A stretch of 64,000 nt of DNA from Deferrisomatales bacterium (lineage in GTDB: Bacteria > Desulfobacterota > Deferrisomatia > Deferrisomatales > JACRMM01). A program made the position numbers and the translations under genes. The notes under the pieces are model-generated. The model was not told where the DNA came from. It did not search any database and worked only from the letters and a program-made list of their open reading frames with translations. This document shows positions 57,831 to 64,000 of this stretch, piece by piece; the first letter of the stretch is position 1, and each line of letters begins with the position of its first letter. Where the stretch lies: NCBI GenBank assembly GCA_033551855.1, contig JAWSUI010000005.1, positions 60,380-124,379 on the forward strand, given 5' to 3'.

Positions 57831-59081
57831 ATGGCGGATGTTCTTAACCCCTTCGACGTCGCGCAGACCCAGTTCGACGAGGCGGCCCAGCTGCTGGGCC
57901 TGGAGCCCGCGTTGCGGGACCTCCTGCGCTGGCCCGCCCGGGAGTACAAGTTCACCATCCCGGTGAAGATGGACGACGGCACCACCCAGATCTTCCACGG
58001 CTACCGCGTGCAGTACAACGATGCACGGGGCCCCAACAAGGGCGGGATCCGCTGGCACCCCGACGAGACGATGGACACCGTGAGGGCCCTGGCTGCCTGG
58101 ATGACGTGGAAGTGCTCCGTGGTGGACATCCCCCTGGGGGGCGGTAAAGGCGGGGTCACCTGCGACCCGAAGAAGCTCTCGACTGGGGAGAAGGAGCGCC
58201 TCGCCCGGGGCTGGGTCCGCGCTGTCGCCCGGGAGCTGGGAGAGCACCGCGACTGTCCGGCGCCGGACGTCTACACGACCCCTCAGATCATGGCCTGGAT
58301 GATGGACGAGTTCGAGACCATCGCGGGGCGCTCGCACCCGGCCGTGATCACGGGCAAGCCCCTGGCCCTGGGCGGGTCCCAGGGGCGAGGGGATGCCACG
58401 GCCCGAGGCGGCGTCATCTGCGTGCGCGAGGCGGCCAAGCGGCGCGGGACCGACCTCAAGGGCACCTTCGCGATTCAGGGCTTCGGCAATGCCGGCCAGT
58501 ACGCGGCCCTGCTCCACCCCGAGATCCTCGGGGGCGGGCGGCTCGTGGCGGTGTCGGACACCAGCGGCGGCGTGTACTGCCCGGAGGGGATGGATCCGAA
58601 GGGAGTGGTTGAGTTCAAGCTCCGGACCGGGAAGGTCGCGGGCTACCCGGGCACCACGGCCGTGACCAACGAGGAGCTCCTGGAGCTCGACGTGGACGTG
58701 CTCTACCCCTCGGCCCTGGAGAACGTGATCACCAAGGCCAACGCGGGCCGGATCAAAGCCAGGATCAGCTGCGAGCTGGCGAACGGCCCCACCACCCCGG
58801 AGGCCGACCGCATCCTGTTCGAGAACGGGGTCCACGTCATCCCGGACTTCCTGGCCAACGCCGGGGGGGTTACGGTGAGCTACTTCGAGCAGGTGCAGGG
58901 CACGTACAACTACTACTGGTCCCTCGAGGAGGTGCATCGCCTCCTGGACCGCAAGATGTCCGAGGCCTACCAGACCGTGTACAAGATGCACGCCGACCGC
59001 AGCGTTCACATGCGTCTGGCCGCCTATCTGGTCGCCGTGCAGCGGGTTGCCGAGGCGGTCAAGCTGCGCGGCTGGGTGTGA
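57831..59081 (+). CDS. gdhA: Glu/Leu/Phe/Val-family glutamate dehydrogenase
   Basis: [52 protein letters not shown]. Confidence 0.93.
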   Translation: MADVLNPFDVAQTQFDEAAQLLGLEPALRDLLRWPAREYKFTIPVKMDDGTTQIFHGYRVQYNDARGPNKGGIRWHPDETMDTVRALAAWMTWKCSVVDIPLGGGKGGVTCDPKKLSTGEKERLARGWVRAVARELGEHRDCPAPDVYTTPQIMAWMMDEFETIAGRSHPAVITGKPLALGGSQGRGDATARGGVICVREAAKRRGTDLKGTFAIQGFGNAGQYAALLHPEILGGGRLVAVSDTSGGVYCPEGMDPKGVVEFKLRTGKVAGYPGTTAVTNEELLELDVDVLYPSALENVITKANAGRIKARISCELANGPTTPEADRILFENGVHVIPDFLANAGGVTVSYFEQVQGTYNYYWSLEEVHRLLDRKMSEAYQTVYKMHADRSVHMRLAAYLVAVQRVAEAVKLRGWV

Positions 59082-59230
59082 CCGGCGTCCGGCCCGGGCC
59101 TTGCCCGGCGCCGGTCTGCCCCCCGTTTCAGACGCGCCGGGGGGGGTGAATCCGCCCCGGCGCCCCTCTATTCTGCCTCCCGGCGAACCGCCGCCGCGCC
59201 ACCCCCGGCTCCTCGCCAGTCGGACCGGGT

Positions 59231-60124
59231 CTATGCTTCCCTCGGACCGCCGGAGGACCCGGCGGGTCTGCACAGCACCAGCGCGCCCCACTCCCCCATG
59301 GTCGCCTCCCGGGTTACCTCTAGACCGGCGGCCCCGTACACCGCCGCGGCGGAGGGGAGCTCGGGGACGAGCATGCCCGAGAGGAGCAGAAGCCCGCCGG
59401 GCCGGAGCCGGGCGCTCAGGACCGGGGCCAGCCCCAGGAGCACCTGGTAGAGGATGTTGGCCGCGACCAGGGGATAGGTCCCCCGAAGGCTGCGCAGGTC
59501 CCCGCACACGGAGAGAACCCCGTCGCCGACCCCGTTGCCCCGTGCGTTCTCGCGGGTGGCCTCGGCCGCGTGAAGATCGATGTCCAGGGCGACGGCCCGG
59601 GGCACCCCCAGGAGCCGCGCCCCGATCGAGAGGATGCCCGAGCCGCAGCCTACGTCGAGGAACGCCTCCGGGGGAGCATCCCCGATGGCCTCATCCAGCA
59701 GGGCCAGGCACAGCCGGGTGGTTTCATGGGTACCGGTACCGAAGGCGCGGCCCGGGTCGAGGCGGACCACCCGCACCCCCGGGTCCTCCGGGGCCCATGG
59801 CTCCCAGGTGGGGCACACCGCCAGGCGGGGCGAGATCCGGGCCGGACGGAAGAAGGCCTTCCAGGCGTCCTCCCAGCCCCCCTGGACCACGGACCAGGAC
59901 CACTGGACCGCCGGCGCCCCCAGGTCCAGGTCGCGCGCGTACCGTCCCAGCCTCGCCTCGACTGCGTCCCGCTCGCCCGGCACGAAATACACCGCGACGG
60001 CCCCGGTCTCTTCCTCCACCCCCGTCGCCCCCCACTCGACCAGGAGACACGCCAGGGCCTCCCGGACCGGGTCGGGCGCCTCGACCCGGAGGCGGAGCCA
60101 CTCGACCGCTGCGTCGCCGGTCAA
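59231..60124 (-). CDS. prmA: 50S ribosomal protein L11 methyltransferase
   Basis: WEDAWKAFF, LDPGRAFGTGTHETT, LDVGCGSGILSI, ANIL; TTG start overlapping the upstream stop (start uncertain). Confidence 0.92.
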   Translation of the reverse strand: MTGDAAVEWLRLRVEAPDPVREALACLLVEWGATGVEEETGAVAVYFVPGERDAVEARLGRYARDLDLGAPAVQWSWSVVQGGWEDAWKAFFRPARISPRLAVCPTWEPWAPEDPGVRVVRLDPGRAFGTGTHETTRLCLALLDEAIGDAPPEAFLDVGCGSGILSIGARLLGVPRAVALDIDLHAAEATRENARGNGVGDGVLSVCGDLRSLRGTYPLVAANILYQVLLGLAPVLSARLRPGGLLLLSGMLVPELPSAAAVYGAAGLEVTREATMGEWGALVLCRPAGSSGGPREA

Positions 60125-60546
60125 GGGTCCACCGCGAGTCCTTCGAGGGCCCGGATCGCCTCGCGGAAGGCTTGGGGCAGCCGGCGGGGCCTTCGGGCCC
60201 CGTAGTCGAAGGCGACCAGGGCGGTGGTCCCCTCTGCGGTGACTGCCCCCCCGCGCTCCACCCGGTACCCCATGGTGAAGGAGGTACGCCCCACGGCCTC
60301 GATCCGAACGCCGATCTCGAGGACATCGCCGAGAAACATCTCCGCCCGGTACAGGACCCGGGCCTCGGGAAGGATGACGCCGAGCCCCTCCCCGATGTCG
60401 AGCTCCGTAAAAGGCCCCAGCCGTGCCAGGTACGCAAGGCGGGCGTCCTGGAAGTAGTTGAGCAGGGCCGCGTTCGAGACGTGCCCCCCGTGGTTGATGT
60501 CGCTGATCCGGACCGAGTAGGGCAGCGTGAAGCGAAAGCCTTCCAT
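60121..60546 (-). CDS. 4HBT/YbgC-like acyl-CoA thioesterase
   Basis: VRISDINHGGHVSNAALLNYFQDAR. Confidence 0.88.
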   Translation of the reverse strand: MEGFRFTLPYSVRISDINHGGHVSNAALLNYFQDARLAYLARLGPFTELDIGEGLGVILPEARVLYRAEMFLGDVLEIGVRIEAVGRTSFTMGYRVERGGAVTAEGTTALVAFDYGARRPRRLPQAFREAIRALEGLAVDP

Positions 60547-60758
60547 ATTCCCCTCCGTCGTGCGGGAACCGCGGGGCATCCCCGCGGCGCCGCACGGTAC
60601 GACGCTCCGCGGCGGCCGGTCAACTGCCCACGGCCCCCCGGCGCCACCGGGTGTCGGGGCCACGGGCCAAAGGCCCTTCGGGGACGGGATCGCGAGGCGG
60701 CCCCGAAGGGCGTCGCTCCACGGCCCATGCTTCCGTTCCTACCCTTCCGTTCTTGCGC

Positions 60759-60806
60759 TTGACACGTTGTTTGATGTCCGTTAGGTTCAGCCGAACGGTC
60801 GGTTGA
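60759..60806 (+). promoter_or_regulatory. Sigma70 promoter plus TetR-type palindromic operator
   Basis: TTGACA-N17-TAGGTT (60759-60787), followed by tcagccgaacggtcggttga (16/20 self-complementary) just before the tetR start. Confidence 0.75.
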
Positions 60807-60816
60807 TGAGAGGGCC

Positions 60817-61434
60817 ATGGGCGAGCGGAAGCGGTTGCAGCCGGAGCTTCGGAGGCGTCAGATCCTGGACGCGGCGGTGCGCCTCTTTTACGAGGTGGGG
60901 TACGAGGGCGCCAGCCTCCGGGACCTGTCCGCTCGGGTCGGCATCAACAAGGCTACGATCTACCACTACTTCGAGAGCAAGGAAGACATCCTCTTCGACC
61001 TCGTGCGGCGGGTGGGGCAGGAGCTCCTGGAAGGGGTTCGGCAGGCCTCCCGTGAGCAGGGGACCCCCCTGGAAGTGTTGGAAGCCATGATCCGGTTCCA
61101 GATCGGGTACGTGGAGAACCACGTGGAGGAAATCAAGGTCTTGGTGGAGGAGAAGAAGAGCCTCCGGGCCGACCTGCAGCAGACCAGCCGCGCCAACGAG
61201 AGCGAGATTTTGCGGCTCTACAAGGAGGCGCTCTCCCGGTGCCGGGCCAAGGGGCTTGTTCGTCCCGTGCACGCGACGACCGCCGCCTTCGGCATCCTGG
61301 GGCAGATCAACTGGCTGTATCACTGGTACAAACCGGAGGGGCCCCTGTCCATCCGGGAGTTGGCGGATGCCGTGGTGTCGCTCCTCTTCCACGGCCTGCT
61401 GCCGTGCCCGGGCGAGCCGGAGATCGCGCCGTGA
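60817..61434 (+). CDS. TetR/AcrR-family regulator (KstR2-like C-terminus)
   Basis: ILDAAVRLFYEVGYEGASLRDL...TIYHYFESKEDIL; NWLYHWYKPEG. Confidence 0.93.
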   Translation: MGERKRLQPELRRRQILDAAVRLFYEVGYEGASLRDLSARVGINKATIYHYFESKEDILFDLVRRVGQELLEGVRQASREQGTPLEVLEAMIRFQIGYVENHVEEIKVLVEEKKSLRADLQQTSRANESEILRLYKEALSRCRAKGLVRPVHATTAAFGILGQINWLYHWYKPEGPLSIRELADAVVSLLFHGLLPCPGEPEIAP

Positions 61435-62399
61435 GGATGGCCATCCTCGGCGCCGGGGTGCTGGGCTCGATCTTCGGAAGCCTCCTCGCCCGCGGCGGCT
61501 TCCGGGTATCGCTGATCGAGATCCTGGAGGAGCGGGTCCGCCTCATCGACCGAGAGGGCCTGTGGGTCCAGATGCCCTCCGGCGAGCGGGTGCACACCCG
61601 CCTGTCGATCACCGGCAAGCCCGGGACCTTGGGCCGGCAGGACGTGGTCATGGTGTGCGTGAAGGGCTACCACACGGCCTCGGCCGTCCGCGACGCCCTG
61701 CCGCTGCTCGGTCCCGACACCCTGCTGCTCTCCGTCCAGAACGGTCTGGGGAACCTCGAGACCATCGCCGAGGCTGTAGGCCCGGAGCGGGTCGTCGGCG
61801 GGATCACAGCCCACTCGGGCATGCCCGTCGGCATGAACGAGGTGCGCTACGTGGGGGGGCTGGGACCCCTGCTCGTCATCGGGCCTTACGACGGCGTGCG
61901 CCGGCCCGGGTTCGACCGGCTTCTGGAGGCCCTGCGGGGCGGCGGCCTCGACGTGCAGGACGTGGCCGACATCAACGGCGTGATCTGGAAGAAGCTCATC
62001 GCCAACGTGGCCACGAACTGCGTGGCGGCGCTGACGGGGCTCACCGGCGGCCGGGCGGTGCTCCACGACGACACGGTCCGCCTCATCCGCGCCCTCGCCG
62101 GCGAGCTCGCCGCGGTCGCGCGGGCCAAGGGGATCGACCTCCCGGAGCTCCAGGCGCCCGGCGAGTTCGCGCTGAAGGCCTTCGCCAGCACCCGAGACAA
62201 CAAGGTCTCGATGCTGCAGGACGTGGAGGCCGGGCGGCCCACCGAGATCGGCAATCTGAACGAGGTGATCGTAGCCGAGGGCGCCCGCCTGGGAATCCCC
62301 ACGCCATACAACGAGGCCGTCTCCTGGCTGGTCCGGGGCGTGGAGGAGCGAAACCGCCTGCGGTTGGCCGAGCTCGAGGCCGAGGGGCAACGCACCTAG
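61431..62399 (+). CDS. panE: 2-dehydropantoate 2-reductase (ketopantoate reductase family)
   Basis: ILGAGVLG, VKGY, QNGLG, WKKLIAN, SMLQD...PTEI. Confidence 0.88.
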   Translation: MRMAILGAGVLGSIFGSLLARGGFRVSLIEILEERVRLIDREGLWVQMPSGERVHTRLSITGKPGTLGRQDVVMVCVKGYHTASAVRDALPLLGPDTLLLSVQNGLGNLETIAEAVGPERVVGGITAHSGMPVGMNEVRYVGGLGPLLVIGPYDGVRRPGFDRLLEALRGGGLDVQDVADINGVIWKKLIANVATNCVAALTGLTGGRAVLHDDTVRLIRALAGELAAVARAKGIDLPELQAPGEFALKAFASTRDNKVSMLQDVEAGRPTEIGNLNEVIVAEGARLGIPTPYNEAVSWLVRGVEERNRLRLAELEAEGQRT

Positions 62400-62479
62400 G
62401 AGCGCCCGTCGGCTGCCCGAGCGCGGGCACGGGGGTGCGGACCGGCCGATGGCCGGTCCTTTGCGTCGGAGGATGCGCG

Positions 62480-62731
62480 GTGGAGCTTCGCGTGGAGTGC
62501 TATGCGGGGCACCGAGGGGAGGAGACTCCCCGCCGGTTCTTCCTGGGCCGGCGCCCCGTGGAGATCGACCTCGTCCTCGACCGATGGCTCGCCCCGAGCC
62601 ATCGGTATTTCAAGGTCCGGGGTGACGACGGTGCCGCGTACCTTCTGCGCCACGACTGCGAGGCGGGCCGCTGGGAGCTCTGCCACTTCGACCGCCGCCC
62701 GGACCCCCCGAAACTCTTCCTAAAACTTTGA
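62480..62731 (+). CDS. Small conserved hypothetical protein
   Basis: MELRVECYAGHRGEETPRRF...DRWLAPSHRYFKVRGDDG...YLLRHD; RBS GGAGG. Confidence 0.7.
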   Translation: MELRVECYAGHRGEETPRRFFLGRRPVEIDLVLDRWLAPSHRYFKVRGDDGAAYLLRHDCEAGRWELCHFDRRPDPPKLFLKL

Positions 62732-62756
62732 CACATGGTTAAAGATCCGCTACGGT
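62728..62756 (+). promoter_or_regulatory. Sigma70-type promoter of the cyclase gene
   Basis: TTGACA-N17-TACGGT. Confidence 0.5.
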
Positions 62757-62789
62757 GTCGAGCCTGAACCGCCGCCAGCGGAGGGGGCC

Positions 62790-63809
62790 ATGGGCCGGAA
62801 GGCCGGGATCGGGGACGCGGACGGGCGCATCCTGGACAGTCTGGGCTGGGGTGTCCTGGTGGTGGGGCGCTGGTCGCGTACGATACTGCGCTACAACCGT
62901 AGAATGGCGGAGATCACCGGGTATCCGGCGGCAGCGGCCCTGGGCCGACACGTGGCCGAATTCTTCGGGTACCTCAGGGGCCTGGACTTGGAGGCCCTGG
63001 ACGACGAGATCCAGCGCACCGGGGGATTCGAGGCCCGAAGCCTGCGGCTCGAGCGGCACGGGGGCGAAGTGGTGTACCGCCATCTGCGGGGGGACGTGCT
63101 GGATGGCGGGACCGGCGAGGAGGAGGCGGTCGTCGTCAGCGTCCAGGACGTCACCGAGCGGGAGCACATGCGGCTGTGCATGGCCCGATATCTCACTCGG
63201 GAGGTGGCCGAGCTCGTGCTCTCGATCCGTCCGGGAGAGACCCTGGCAGGGCGCGAGCTGAACGTGGCGGTGCTCGTGGCGGACATGCGCGACTTCACGG
63301 ACGCGGCCGAGGGGCTGACGCCCGAGGAGCTCTTCGAGACCCTCAACGCCTACCTGGCGCCCATGGCCGAGGCGGTGGTGGCGCACCGGGGGATGATCGA
63401 CAAATTCACGGGCGACGGCTTCATGGCCGTGTTCGGGGCGCCCTCGGTCACGGGCGGCGAGGCCGGCCGTGCGCTGCGCGCCGCCCTGGACCTCGTCCGG
63501 GTGGTCGATGGTCTCTCGGAAGCCCGGGGCCTCCAGGGCCTGCCCCAGGTAGGGGTCGGCTACGGCGTCCACTGGGGCACCGCCCAGGCGGGGAACCTGG
63601 GGAGCGATGTGCGCATGGAGTACACGGTGGTCGGCGACACCGTGAACCTGGCCCACCGGGTCCAGGCACTGGCAGCCGCGGGGGAGATTCTTGCGACCTG
63701 GGCCGCCGTCGAGGCGGGCGGGCCCGGGTTCCGTTGGGGGGACAGCCGCTGGGTCCGCCTTCGGGGTCGCAAGGCCCCGGTCAAGATCCAGCCGTTGCTG
63801 GCAGACTGA
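62790..63809 (+). CDS. PAS-domain class III adenylate cyclase
   Basis: VLVADMRDFT, DKFTGDGFMAVFG, EYTVVGDTVNLAHR. Confidence 0.9.
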   Translation: MGRKAGIGDADGRILDSLGWGVLVVGRWSRTILRYNRRMAEITGYPAAAALGRHVAEFFGYLRGLDLEALDDEIQRTGGFEARSLRLERHGGEVVYRHLRGDVLDGGTGEEEAVVVSVQDVTEREHMRLCMARYLTREVAELVLSIRPGETLAGRELNVAVLVADMRDFTDAAEGLTPEELFETLNAYLAPMAEAVVAHRGMIDKFTGDGFMAVFGAPSVTGGEAGRALRAALDLVRVVDGLSEARGLQGLPQVGVGYGVHWGTAQAGNLGSDVRMEYTVVGDTVNLAHRVQALAAAGEILATWAAVEAGGPGFRWGDSRWVRLRGRKAPVKIQPLLAD

Positions 63810-64000
63810 CGGTCGCCGTCGCTCGTGGCCGGCGCCGGGAAAGCCCGCCGCGACTCTCCGGAAGGAGAGGGTTTCCTGTATCCCTCCCCCCGGTGGCGGG
63901 CACCCCCGCCACCGCCCCCGCGGCGACGGCGAACCGGACGCCTAGCCGGAAGTTCCTGAAAAATTCGTTCCTGAATCGAGGCGAACCCCCTGACATCCCA

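Overview
High-GC bacterial chromosomal window; gene content (SfrAB-like module, DUF3786, DUF4911, PAS/CHASE hybrid kinases) points to an anaerobic Desulfobacterota/deltaproteobacterium-like organism (inference). Main contents: (1) a complex I operon on the minus strand, nuoA-B-C-D-[SfrB/GltD-like flavoprotein]-[selenocysteine FdhF/SfrA-like molybdo/tungsto-enzyme]-nuoH (runs off the window), with no nuoE/nuoF between nuoD and nuoH. The ORF track splits the FDH gene at an in-frame UGA that is followed by a SECIS-like hairpin. This candidate formate/NAD(P)H:quinone proton-pumping complex is the most interesting system here. (2) Acyl-CoA ligases (acetoacetate-CoA ligase, acs), a SAM-cycle operon (metK, adenosine kinase-like, ahcY, methyltransferase) with a long structured leader, an archaeal-type PEP carboxylase, pyruvate kinase, and a PEP-synthase-like protein next to gdhA. 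(3) Two large hybrid sensor kinases around tRNA-Leu(UAA). (4) A 7.4-kb cluster of four toxin-antitoxin pairs around a SWIM-SNF2 helicase, including an amber-inactivated hicA. (5) Non-coding elements: three copies of a ~212-bp MITE-like element, a two-repeat CRISPR-like unit, a ~75-bp hairpin repeat flanking the PEP-synthase-like gene, short-period intergenic repeats in the nuo operon, and a shared TetR-type operator. All calls come from reading motifs by eye; no database searches were run, and many start codons were re-chosen using RBS evidence.
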